Below, in pieces: positions 52,017 to 64,000 of a stretch of DNA of 64,000 nucleotides (the first letter of the stretch is position 1; each line of letters opens with the position of its first letter). The notes below the pieces were generated by a model, which worked only from the letters and a program-made list of their open reading frames with translations, did not search any database and was not told the DNA's origin. The stretch lies in the NCBI RefSeq assembly GCF_036321535.1, contig NC_087436.1:37264001-37328000 (forward strand). Direction: 5' to 3'. A program made the position numbers and the translations under genes. This stretch comes from Camelus dromedarius. Its lineage: Eukaryota.

Positions 52017-52470
52017 TTAAAGTACTGTTTTAAAGTAAACTTGTATTATACCTGCAAGTTCTTACACTAACGCAGAATGGGGGAGTGATTAAGAGTTCTG
52101 GGGACAGATCCAGGTTCTAGTTCTATTGTTAACTGGCTGTGTGACTGTGAGCAAATTACCTTAGCTCTCTGATCTTCAGTTTTGTCACTTATTAAGAAGG
52201 AATGATAATATTAACAACTCATAAGATTACATATCAAAAGATTTTATGCATGTACAAACACTTATTCACATCCATGGCATACAGTAGTGAAAGCCTCATA
52301 CAGGAGGTGAACCATATCACTCAACCCTGTCCTATTTTGTTGTCTGTCAAATCTTTGTGCTTGTCCAAGAAGCCTGTTACACTTAGTAGCCAATAGAGGA
52401 TATGCCAAGACCTGTCAGTGTCCCTTGGGGGTAGTATCTCAGCACCTAGATTCAGGGCATTTGGAATTCA

Positions 52471-53660
52471 GACCCTCAGACATAGGTCTTGGAGATGAGT
52501 TTTTGAACTGACACCAAAAGCAAAAGCAACAAAAACAAAAGTAAATAAGTAGGACCACATTATTATAGCGAGGTTTGGCACAAAAAAAGGGAACCATCAA
52601 CAAAATGAGAAGACAACCTACTGAATGGGAGAAAATATTTGCAAATCATTTATCTGATATGGCGCTATTATTCAAAATGTCTAAAGAACTTATACAACTC
52701 AATAGCAAACAAATGGTGTTACCACCTATGTTCTAGGAGTTTTTAGGTTTCAGGTCTTACATTCAAGTCTTCAATTCATTTTAAGTTAATTTTTTGTGTT
52801 ATATAGTGGTCTATTTTCTTTCTTTTGAATGTGGCTGTCTAGTTTTTCCAACACCATTTATAGCAAAACAAAAACAAACATAAAGCTCCTCCAACAATCC
52901 AATTTAAAAATGGGTAGAAGATCTAACTAGACATTTTTTTTCCCAAAGAAGACAAGTATATAAAAAGACATTCAACATTATTAATTATCAGGGAAATGCA
53001 AATCAAAACCACAGTGAGATACCATCTCTCACTTGTTAGAATGGCTATTATCAAAAAGCCTAGAAATAAACAATTTTGGCAAGGATGTGGAAAAAAGGGA
53101 CTTCTTCTTTGTGCACTGTTGATGGGGTTTTAAACTGGTACAGCCACTATGAAAAACAGTATGGGGTTTCTGCAAAAAATTAAAAAATAGAACTACCATA
53201 TAATTGAGCAATTTCACTTCTGGATATTTATCCAAAGAAAACAAAAACACTAACTCAGAAAGATATATTCACTCCCATGGTCATTGCAACATTATTTACA
53301 GTAGTCAAGATATGAAAACAATGTAAGTGCATATCGATGGATGAATGGACAAAGAAGATTGGGGGATATATATATTATATGTATATGATGGAATATTATT
53401 TATCCACAAACAAGAATGAAATCTTGCCATTTGGGACAACATCAATGGACCTTGAGGGCATTATACTTAGTGAAATAAGTCAGATACAGAAAGACAAATA
53501 CTGAATGAATGATTTCTGATTCTTAAAAAACAAAACAAAACAAAACCCAAAGAAGGTCATAGATACAGAAAACAGATTGGTGGTTGACAGAGGCATAGGT
53601 TGGAAGGTGGGAGAAATGGGTGAAGGGGTCAAAATTTAAGAAGAAAAAATAAATGAAAAA
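52471..53660 (+). mobile_element. LINE-1 3' region with an internal inverted segment (about 52721-52859)
   Basis: Plus-strand ORF2 end and 3' UTR with A-rich tail, interrupted by a minus-strand ORF2 piece. Confidence 0.85.
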
Positions 53661-53689
53661 GAATCAATTGTTTTCACTTAAACTTGCTA

Positions 53690-54170
53690 AACACCAATTA
53701 GAAAGTAAAATGAAAAAAAATTGATCCTATTCAGAAAAGCAATAGTAATTAAACACCGAGAAACAACTTTAGTAAGAATTATGGAAAAAAACAGCAACAC
53801 TTCAGTGAAAGACATGAAATAAAATTTAAATTAAAGACTATTTGAACGTGTCAGTTCCTCCCAGGTTAGTTGGTAAGTTAAATGCTATTCTAAGTAAAAT
53901 CCCTCCAAAAAATTTGTGGGGGAAAGTTGACCCAGACTCCTGTTTCTAATGGGAGAATGATTTCTAAAAGGCTTATAACGGAGTCTCCCTCCAGCCTTCA
54001 TTTAGTTTAAATATCTTTGACAAGATGAATGAAAATATCCAAGAAATTCAAGAAATAGAAGAATAATGAGGACACTATTAATAATAAGATGTCCTATAAG
54101 GCTGTAATAATCAAGTAGTTTGGTGCTGGCATTAATTAGTATTGACGGATGAATCAAGGAATTTATACAG
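53690..54170 (+). mobile_element. Highly diverged L1M fragments
   Basis: A-rich ORF2-like phrases (ctgtaataatcaagtagtttggtgctggc). Confidence 0.5.
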
Positions 54171-57034
54171 AATTTTCCCTAATGTTGAATTCCTTATACT
54201 CATACATCTTTTTTACAAGGACTCTGAAAATTCTCATTCAAGGTCAGTAGCTCCTCAGAATGGCAGATCCTACAAATTGTCAAGGAAGTCTTATGGTTTC
54301 TTAGACGGAAGTGCTATTTTTGGAGCATTCCTGCTTTCAGCTCACCGGGCCTCTGGCCTCTGCCCTTTGTGGTGTGTGTGTGTGTGTTTTCGTCTCTGCT
54401 TCCCCTACCTGTTCCTTCTGGTGACTAGCAGGTTTTTACCGACAAATCTTAGCCATGTGTCTGACACATGCTCCCCTCAGCCTGCCTGTTCTTGCCAAAT
54501 ACTCCTCACTCTGTCTTAGATCACAGACTACATCTTTTAACCCCGACACCCCTGGAACCACGCCCCATCATACTCCTCTTGCTCACTTTCAGACCATGAC
54601 CAAGTTCTGTTCAGACTGATTCCAAAGGGGACCTGATTTGAACTGATCTATGGAGTAAGTTCTCTGAGAGTGGGAAATTACTCTATCCATCCTCCACCTA
54701 TCTCTTCCTCAATCTCTGAGAAGAATGGTCATATAGATAGCCTAAAATCCTTTATTGTTTATACAAACTGAAGAAAACCAGAAGCATGCAGCACTGCACA
54801 CACCCTACTTGTGGCCCGCTTTCCGGCTCTGGCACCCGGGCCTCTGTGCGCATGCTCTAACTGGGCTCCTTTCATGTAACTGCTCCATGTCTTGAGATTC
54901 AATTATTCTTAGGAAGCTTTTCAATAATTTGGGTTGGGCTTTTCTTTTCTTTGTTTTTCTGTTTGCTTCTTTTTTCTTTATTCCCATTCCCTTGACTGGG
55001 AATCGTAGATTTAACCTATATTAAGTATTTCAGTTTTGGGAACTTGATAAAGAGACTGTTTTTAGTGCAATGTCACATCTAATGGGAGAATAATCTTTGA
55101 AAGTCTTATAAAGCAGTCACTCCCTTGCCTTCATTTAGTGCATCAGCACACCAATGAAAATAGTACTTACGAAAGATTAGAACTGGATAAATTAGGAAGG
55201 ACTTAGGACTCAGATCAAGAATGGCACATGTAAATGATCCTTTGTCAAAACATTTGAGAAGCAAACTTTGAAAATCTCTATTTGCTCCTTCTTGTGATTC
55301 ACCCATTTCTCTATTACTCTATTTTTCTCTGAAGAAATGGAAATGTCAAAGATAGCCACAAAGTAATATCAATAATTCAGTGCAAATAAGCTGAGATTCC
55401 ATGGCTAACACCCCAGTGAGAGTCATTTCCGATAACTCAGAGAGCACTCTTTAGAGAAGCCACACGTGTTAGGAAGGGATTTTGAGATCCTGATTCCCAA
55501 GGTTGTCCCCTCAGGATCAGATTAGTCCCAGGATGATTTTTCAGGGGACCTTTTCTTCCACAGAAGCTCATTAAAAAAGGACAAGTGAAGAGGAAACTGT
55601 TCACTGATAATGCACATTTGCGGAGGGTAATGTTTCAACACAGAAAATCTTAAATTGACAAAACCAATGCTGTTCAATTCCTGAAAAAAATATTGTACCT
55701 TTCAGAAATTAAACTAGAGGTGTGTGTTTTTTCTTTTCTATCTGAAGATTTCTCTTTCCCTTAATTTTTGACCCGAGCCTTTAGTCCTGTTTCTGATTTC
55801 TCCAGAGGATAATGAAATGATGAAAGAAGGAAGAATCAAGTAAAGTGCAAGTAAATTTTAGCTGAGACTTTTTCTGTGGTGTCTGTGAGCTAATGCTGTG
55901 ATGGGCATTTTAGGGTTGCCCATTTTTCTTACTGAACTTACTTTCAAAATGATAAAATAAATACAAGTTCTTTTATTGTGAACCCAAGTTTGCAGCCATT
56001 TAGGCTACAAAAATAGCAAAGTTACTATCTATCTGTGCCCTTTCCTCTGCCTCAAAGTGACAGGCAGCTGCTCTGAAGATTAAGAGAGGAAGGCTGAAGG
56101 GTCACATCCTCTGGGTTTTAAATGATGATATGAAAGTTTCATTAATGAGAATCTCAGTCTGAATTGCCTGGATAACAACAGGGGGGATTTATCTTAATGT
56201 GCACACTTATGCTTGCATTTTCTGCATAAGTAGTATTGGAAAATATGAATAATATTTGAGAATATAACTTCTTTAAAAATATTGGGAACGTATTAATCAT
56301 CTTCATTCCTATGGGAGTTTGTGGGCTGGAGACCCTTGGTAGATAACATAAGTAAGTAAAATAATCTAGAAAAAGAAGTGACAGTATGTTGAGGTCTGTG
56401 GTAAAGAGGAGAGGGTGCCTGTCACCTGAGGGGGCACCACCGCTTGAAGGCTGGAAGCTGTGGACACATGGGAATGAGGGCCCATTATTTGACAATAATA
56501 TTTTGCTAGAGAAACCCCAACTTTGGATTTAATGTATAATTTTGAAGGTTATCAACTAATGAAAGGTTTTAAAAAATTGGTGGGTCAAATACTATGAAGA
56601 CTAAAGAAATCATGCCTGCAGGTTAGACCCCAGACATTAGCATCAGTTTTCATTATCCATCTAGACAGGCTGGCCCTCCATATGGATAGGCATTAAAATC
56701 AACTATTTCCTAGAGAAAAATGTTAGTGATGACAATGGAAAACATTTGATGGAATGATAAGTTATGTCATTTTCTTCAGTGCACTTACCATGATGACAGT
56801 GCTTTTTCTGTGTCTCTCCTAACTTTCCTTTCTTTTCCTTGATTCCGTGTTTTTTGATGCCTTCCAGTTGCCAGGAACTGTGCACTGTGAACTGGAAGGG
56901 GAAGGGACGGAAACAGGGGTAAGGTACACAGACAAGTTACATACCTTCTGTGCAGGACTTTGGGGTCTAGAGGGAGAGACTGGTATAAAGCATAGAGCTG
57001 TGATTCAGGGTAAAGAGAGCTAAGGTTAGGCAGG

Positions 57035-57478
57035 CATTTGTTTCCTAGGCTTCCTTCACAAAGTACCACAATACTGGTGGCTTGAAACAACAGAAATGGA
57101 TTCTTTTTCGGTTCTGGAGGCCAGAAGTCCAAGATCAAGGAGTCAGCTGGCTTAGTTCCTTCTGGAGGGTCTGAGAGAGAAACTCTTTCATGCCTCTCCT
57201 AGCTTCTGGTTCTTGCCAGCAGTCTTTGGGGTTCCTTGGCTTGGAGATGCATCATTTCAATCTATATCTCTGTTTCACACAGCATTCATCCCTGTGTGTG
57301 TCTAAATTTCCTTTTTCTTATAAGGACACTAACCATTGGATGACAGCTCCCCTTAATCCAGTATGACCTCATCTCCACTCCATTACATCTGCAAAGACCC
57401 TAGTTCCCAATAAGGTCAAGGTTATGGGAGTTAGGACTTGACTATATATTTTGGGGGGACACAGATCAACCCACAAGA
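57035..57478. mobile_element. MLT1C/D-like solo LTR
   Basis: 'gtaccacaatactggtggcttgaaacaacagaaat...ttctggaggccagaagtccaagatcaagg...ggggggacacagatcaacccac'. Confidence 0.85.
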
Positions 57479-57489
57479 AGCAGGTAGAG

Positions 57490-58290
57490 GGCATGATGGT
57501 GGCACAGAAAAGGAGCAGCTAGTAGCCTGGGGGAGGAGGGAAGCTTTTTCAGGGAAAGTGATGCAGGAGCCAGGTTTTGAAAGACAGGAAGGTATCTGCT
57601 CTGTAAAGAGCGAGATCACTTTAGACAGACATCATGGTGCATGCTAAAACGGAGGCACATAAGGGGAACAAATTGTGTGAAGCACAAGGCATGTAGTGTC
57701 AGAGCTCTGGGGAAGGAGACTGGAAATTCAGGATGACACCAGCTTGTTTAGGGCTCTTACGGGCTTGCCCAGCCTGGTCTTCATCCTGAAGAAAATGGGA
57801 ATTGGCCAAGGTTTCAGTGCAGGGAAGGGGTGTGATCAGATTTGTGTTTCCGAGAGATGTCTTTGTGCTGCTATGAGCGTGGGTGGCAGGAGGCAGAAAG
57901 AAGTTTTGGGAGCTCACTTGGTTTCATGGCTATTGCAATAGTGAGGGGCTGAGGGCTGAGGATGCAGACAAGGAGGAGCACAGAAGTGAGGGAGACTTTG
58001 AAGGCTGAGCTGATTAGACTTAACAAGGAAGGAGTAATTTGCTGAATTATCTAGATTAGAAAACGAAGTAGATGGTGAGGTTACCATCTGTGACAGAGGC
58101 AAAGAAAGAAGGGGTTTTGGTAAGAAGACGATGGTTCCATTTTGGTCATGTTGAATTTGAGGTACTGGTGGACATCCAGGTGGAGTTATCAGGTATGAAT
58201 TTGTATCAATATCAGGGCCTGGAGCTCTTAGTCTGGGAATATTTGTAGATTGTCCTGAGGTTACTCAATTGGTGATGAAAGTTTTGAATC
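57490..58290. mobile_element. L2 LINE relic
   Basis: 'ttttggtcatgttgaatttgaggt...gacatccaggtggag' L2 motif. Confidence 0.6.
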
Positions 58291-60167
58291 TATTTGTCGA
58301 GGGGAAATGCATGATGTCTATAGGGTTCCTTCTAGCTTTCCCATCTGATCTTTTGCCTGGGTGCAAATTTTGATAACAGTAATTGGTTTCTAGGGATAAC
58401 ACATATTTATCAGGAATCCTTTGTGGAACCAAATGCAGTTTTAAAATGTGGGGTCACCAACAGCCCTAGAACTGTGGAGAATCTGACTTTGGCTTATGTG
58501 GCTTGTGAAGAGTGCCTTGTTTAAAAAAAAATTCTGGGCCTTTGTTACATTCCCTCAGATAAGAATCTTGTGTGTTGGGGTCCTTGGAGGAACCACCCCT
58601 GTGGGAGTGATAAGGCAAGAGACCTGCATAAAAACTTCCTACAGGACATACAGTAGTGCAACACACTTCACAGGAGATTTGATCTGCACACTTTTCTAAA
58701 AAGACCATGATCATGAATATTCAATCTGTAACAAAACTTCCTAAATTTGACATACAAAGGATGTTCTCTGCTCTTGAAATCACGCATAAGGAAGGGTCCT
58801 TGAGAGTTCAGCTAGATCTAAGGCTTTCAAACTGTGCTCTGGGGAAGCAGGGGAAATGTGCTGGATAAGCCCAAGGGTTAGAAAACCTGCATGATTTCTC
58901 TTCGACCCTGAGTTATTTAGTTTTCCTCTCTTCTTTCTCTGAGTTCCTTTATTTAGAGAAAGCCTTTTAATTTATGGATCTGTAGCTTTGTTTACTCCCT
59001 TCCTCCTGTCCCATGGGTGCCCTTCAGCCCTTTTTGCCTCTGACTGGCTGCTTCTGTGATTGCCTGCAGTTTGCTCTGGGCCTGAGGCTTAGTGTTCTCA
59101 GTAAAAGAGAGATCATCTAATGCTAAAGATAGCCGTTAACAGGGTAATAATAGATGCTTGAAGCTTCCCCTATAATGTAATTAGAGGAAGTTAGTAACAG
59201 CTTTGATAAAGGTATAGCTTTGAAGAGAAAATGGGTCGGGAGCTTCTGTGTCTGCTGGAAGATGTACAACACGTTTCTGTCGAGTGCCCTGTGACTATCA
59301 GAAGTACTCGCAGGCTGGTCTGCTTCTAAAGGTTTTCAGATATGCGAGTTTTAGAATGTGAAACATAGCTTGTCCTCATAATATAAAGTTGGGTTTCTGA
59401 CAAAAGCAATTTCTGGACCACATGCCCCTGAGGGTGACTATGGGGGATGCAGGTGATCCAGGTGAAAGGGCATCCATGCATGGTTCTATATTAAGTCCAT
59501 TTCTTTTGAAATTAAATGTATTTTCCCCCAATAACTGATTTTATGGTTTTTTAAATTACTTTTCCTGTCTGGCATGCAGGTTTCAAATCAGTTACTTCTG
59601 GATGGGATCATGTGACAATGAACTTCTTTTCTGCAATTCTTGCCATTTCTTTCTGCAAGTAAGATTGCTGGGCTTGGGAGAGCAACATTCTGATTTGTTT
59701 CTGGCTGTGGTTGTTTTTGACTCTCCCTTTTGGATGGACTAGGTCACTACTTCCCCTTGGGCATTTTCACATATTCTGTCCTATTTCTAGGACTTCAGCT
59801 TTGAAAGGGTGTCTGTACTACAGTAGAAAGAACATGGGTATTGGAGACATGGTTTGGTTGAATCCTGGCTCTGCTACTGTCTGTCCAGTGGGCAGGAAAG
59901 CAAATTTCCTGAGCTTCTATTTCTCTCTCTAACATGGGGCATAACAACCCCAAGCCCAACAGGGTTATTTACCTCCTAGTGCTGTGCCTGTCACTTCATA
60001 TGTAAGTTCTCAATGAATGTTAGTTTTTCCTCCCTACCCCACAAGAATGGGTATTGACTGTGACATCTTTAGTGCACAATCTTTAAAGGCTATTTTTAAG
60101 GCTGAGCCTTAGAACATCCCCATATGCATTCATTTGTACCCAAAGATTGTATTAGTGCTTCATTCTT

Positions 60168-60398
60168 TAAAAAAATTTTTTTAATTAAAGTATAGTTGAT
60201 TTTTAATGTTGTGTTAGTTTCTGGTATATAGCAATGTGATTCAGTTATACATATATATGTATATATATTCTTTTTCATATTCTTTCTCATTATAGGTTAT
60301 TAAGATATTGAATGTAGTTCCCTGTGATACACAGACATAGAAAACAAACTTACGGTTACCAAAGGGGAAAGGGATGGGGGATAAATTGGGACGTTGAG
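60168..60398 (-). mobile_element. Short LINE-1 3' end with 5' inversion
   Basis: Exact 17-bp TSD attagtgcttcattctt at 60151-60167 and 60399-60415. Minus-strand terminus followed by a plus-strand 3' UTR piece. Confidence 0.92.
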
Positions 60399-61899
60399 AT
60401 TAGTGCTTCATTCTTGAAAGGATACATTCGTCACTTGATGGAACTCAAGGATCTTTTCCACCCCATGCTCTTGCCATTTCTACAAAAAATGTCAGAAGCA
60501 GGGAAAGGAAATAAGTTTCATTCCACAAAGAGGAGAGTAGTTACTCAAGTTCAGGATCTCTGATGGGGCCACACTTCCTAAGGCAGAGACGTCAAAGGGG
60601 CAGAAAGTCCTGTGTGGGTGTAAAGCTGCTACTCTCTTCTTGTCCTGCAGTCTGGAAGAATACGGAGCGAATACGAAGGGGTTTCTCCTTCTCTCGTCCT
60701 CAACTCCCTGCCTGACCTCTTACCTTGGCCTGAGAAGGCCTGGAATAAGTGGGGTTATGAACGTATCAATTACTCTCTCTCTCTTTTAGTCTTTGTTCCC
60801 ATCTGCTAGTTCTTGGTTTGAGAGTAGACGTTCCACCTTATAATACCATTGCATATGTAAGATCTCAGGCTTCGTTGCTGTCAGCAGGGAAAATCGACAA
60901 AGCACGCTTTACTCCCTGTTCATTTTCGTCCGTGCCAGCAATCTTTGCTTGGGTGATAGAGATCTCCAGTCTCCAGGTAGTCCAGACTAGTTTATTGAAC
61001 TTGTGCCCTGAGGTTTGGAACCAGAGTTTCCAAATCTGTAATTAGGAACTTCTTTGCTTCATTTGCACATCTTTCTAAGTTGCACTTTCTAAGACTTTGT
61101 AAGTTGGTCATATCCTTCTCCCCGTCCCCACAGTTTCCACTACATATGTACTTACCATGCTTTCTCAGCAAGGAAGAGAGGTTGGCAGGAATCATCTTTA
61201 AAGTATGGGGGCAAATAGTATGGATTGGTTTGTTTAACTTTTGCTCATCTTCCTTTTCAGTGCCTTCTTATTTAGCAAAACTTGGAAAGCAAACAATTGC
61301 TATTTCCCAGATGTCCTTGCAGCTGGAGTTCTGGAATGGGTTTCTGAAGTCTCACAGGAGACTTCAATTCAGAACTGAAGTCGGTGGAGAGGTGTGTTTT
61401 CCAGTGGCTCTTAGCAGAGGTCACACAGTTCTTCTGGACGGGGCAGCTTTTCACCTTGGCATGTGGGATCCTTGTGCAGGGCTGGCCTGGTTCTGGAGCT
61501 GGCCGCTGTGGGGGAAACCTGCCGCTGTACTTGCAAAGTGGTTTCCTGCTGTGTTAGTTCAGGTTTGTGTTATCACGTTCCATTCCTGGAAGCTGAGCCT
61601 ACAGTCTGTTATTTTCTGCTAGCTCAATGATTATATAAGGCATTTATTAGCCAGTAATCACTTCTTTTGTGCTTACTCAATTTCAGCATAAACTTAACTC
61701 TGTTGGAACCCTCACAACGTAAAAATCAATACCAAGAATGGCACAGGCCACAGACTCAAGCAAATGTGAATATAGAGCTGGTTTTCTGATCTGGTTGTGT
61801 TTGAAGGCAGTAAAGATACCACTAGCACTAGAGGATATAACACCAAAAAATATAGTGTATGGTGGCAAAACATGTACTTGAACACCTGGAATGAAGTGT

Positions 61900-64000
61900 G
61901 TACTGAAAAAAGTTAACTTTGTTGGACTAAATGGTTTCTAAGATGAACCACTATGACAAGAAGGAGGAATACAAGGACTATAGGTTGGCTATATATTTCT
62001 AACAGTACTAGAGAGCTTGAAAAATGATGAGACTAAGGATTTAAATTCAAGACATGATCTCAAGTGCTAGAGAGCCTCCACTGTTGCACTGAAGGCATCT
62101 TTTAGATAGAGTCAACATATCCATAGATCAGTTACAGAATCTAATCTTGGGGTTTATTGAATTAATGTGTAGGTTGAATTCATAATTCGCCAGTTCTTTT
62201 AAGGGAAAGTTAAGATGTCAGTTGGGAAAATGTGGGAGCCTAAGAATTGGAAGATGGATATTTTGGAAATTCAGATGTACTTGAGTGCTTCAAACTTCCC
62301 AGCCCAACTGCACCAAGTCTCCCTTGTGAGCACTGGCAAATCATCCTGTCTTGTCGGCTAAATTATTCTATTTCCTGAAGAACTTAAAGGACATCACCTG
62401 AGGCAGCTGCCTCACAATGAGATTCAGTTCCATGTCATAGCCCAGCCATGCCACCTGTCACTGCCAGCTGACCTGTAACTGGAGTTTAAATCTATCATGC
62501 CTCAGGGGGCAAGTACAGAGTATATTCTATGAGTAGAACTTTTAGAATCAAAAGTATTTACACACACACACACACACATTTTACCAATGTATGCAGGCAG
62601 AAACTCAGAGGGTATATGTGATGATGTATTCTTAAAGTACTAGACTCACTTGGTTGAACAGAAGTCTGCTTGAGTCACCAGTATTTAAAAGTCATGGCCT
62701 CTCATTGAGTGATTAATCTATTCTGGGATCCTTTAATAAAGGAGAAGTGGGATAAAAAGGTCCTGTGATAACACCCCAAGAATATAATGTAAATACTTCT
62801 CCTACCATTTCTCCAAAAGACCTGAAGCCACTGTTTGATATAACTACACCCTGGGGAAAGAAAAATAGCCACAACTTTTATGGGCTTACTGGGGACCCAG
62901 AATACTACTGTGGTCCATTGGTGATGAGAACTTGAGTGGGTCAGGTAATTAAAACATTTTGCATGCAGAGTAAATTTGGATCCTGGAAAAATATAGTAGA
63001 TTATTATAAACTTAATCATGGGGTGACTACCATGGTGTCTGCTATTTCAGTTGAGATCTCTTACCAAAACAAATCAACATGACTTCTAACCCTTATAGGC
63101 AACTATTAACCTGGCAGAATCATTTTTCTCTTTTTTCTCTATTTTGATAACTAGAGAACACCAGAGGCATTTTACTTTTTTCTTGGCAAGGGCAGCAGCA
63201 TATCTTCAGTCTTCCTCAGGGCTTATGTCAGTTCTCAACTCTCAGTCACTATTTGGTCGGCAAGAACCTTGTTCTCTCAGTATCCCAAAGAACATAATGC
63301 TCATCTAACATCTTGATGACATCGTGCTGATTGAACTTGATAACTGGGAAGTAGTAAGATTATTCTATGTCTCAATAAGACACTTGCTAGAATGGGAATA
63401 GATTCATGAAAATTTAGCAGCCTTCCAGATCAGGAAATGTTCTAGAATCTAGTAGTCCAGAGCAAGCTGTGATATCTTCCTCAAAGTAAGAGAGAAATTA
63501 CTGCATCTTGAGTCTCCTATCACTGTGAAAGAAGTCCAAAGCTTTTTGGTTCTCTATGGATATTTTAAGCAATGTCTAACATGTTTGTGTGTGCTACTAA
63601 ACTAGCTATGTCATAACCACTGCGGTGTCCAAAACAAATGGCACCTAGAACAAGAGAAGGCTCTTCAGGTTGTCTGTGCTGCTATAGAGGACCTTTCTGA
63701 TGTTTGATCTCAATGATGTAGTGGATCCCATGGTCTTGGTGTGTTTGTGGCATCTCACAGTGCTGTCTTGGGTCTGGGCATGCACTAAGAGAAGACTAGG
63801 GTTTTGGGATTATTAGTCAAAGAATGATTTTCTTTTTGAGAAGCCAGAACCTCCTATCACAAATATTCAAATAACCATGAGAACTAAACTGCCCATCACA
63901 AAACAAGAATTATTTTATTCATGAAGCCTTGGATTTGGTGCACCTGCAAGTGCTCTCTCATCAAGTAGATACATCAAGATGGGATCTAGTAGTCCAGAGC
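61900..64000 (+). mobile_element. Degraded ERV-L-class internal region (gag-like plus pol RT), running off the window
   Basis: Manual translation gives GSW..VDYYKLN (about 62978-63017), LPQG (about 63211), HLDDIVLI (63309, at the YIDD position), LLHLESPITVKEVQ and EQEKALQ. All match ERV-L RT motif order, with many stops. Confidence 0.85.
62559..62578. repeat. (CA)n microsatellite
   Basis: Directly visible. Confidence 0.9.

Noticed and set aside
61080..61622. Longest ORF in the track (180 aa, plus strand)
   Set aside because: Non-ATG start, composition rich in L/F/S/W/C as expected for a chance frame, and no recognisable domain.

Overview
This is mammalian non-coding DNA, about half of it interspersed repeats, and most likely camelid. 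The lineage call rests on a tRNA-derived SINE at 15827-15927 that resembles the Camelidae Vic-1 family as I recall it; I have not searched a database. I recognise no host protein-coding gene, RNA gene or CRISPR array. Almost all long ORFs in the track are LINE-1 ORF2 fragments, their antisense frames, or chance ORFs. The window holds many LINE-1 copies of different ages, mostly on the minus strand. One is a near full-length, inactivated element (33334-40051) inserted into a Tigger-type DNA transposon. Also present are MaLR/ERVL solo LTRs, Tigger and MER5-type DNA transposons, L2 and MIR relics, and a degraded ERV-L internal region with a recognisable RT at the right end. The best-supported observations concern retrotransposition mechanics: (1) a three-layer nested insertion containing a non-L1, 3'-UTR-like segment; (2) a short L1 3' transduction; (3) two twin-priming inversions; (4) an L1 whose own upstream segment sits inverted inside it; (5) a tail-less L1 fragment between direct repeats. 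Weaker observations are an unexplained 69-bp hairpin, several orphan exon-like segments, and two CpG/motif-rich patches. I did not find convincing evidence of a new biological system.
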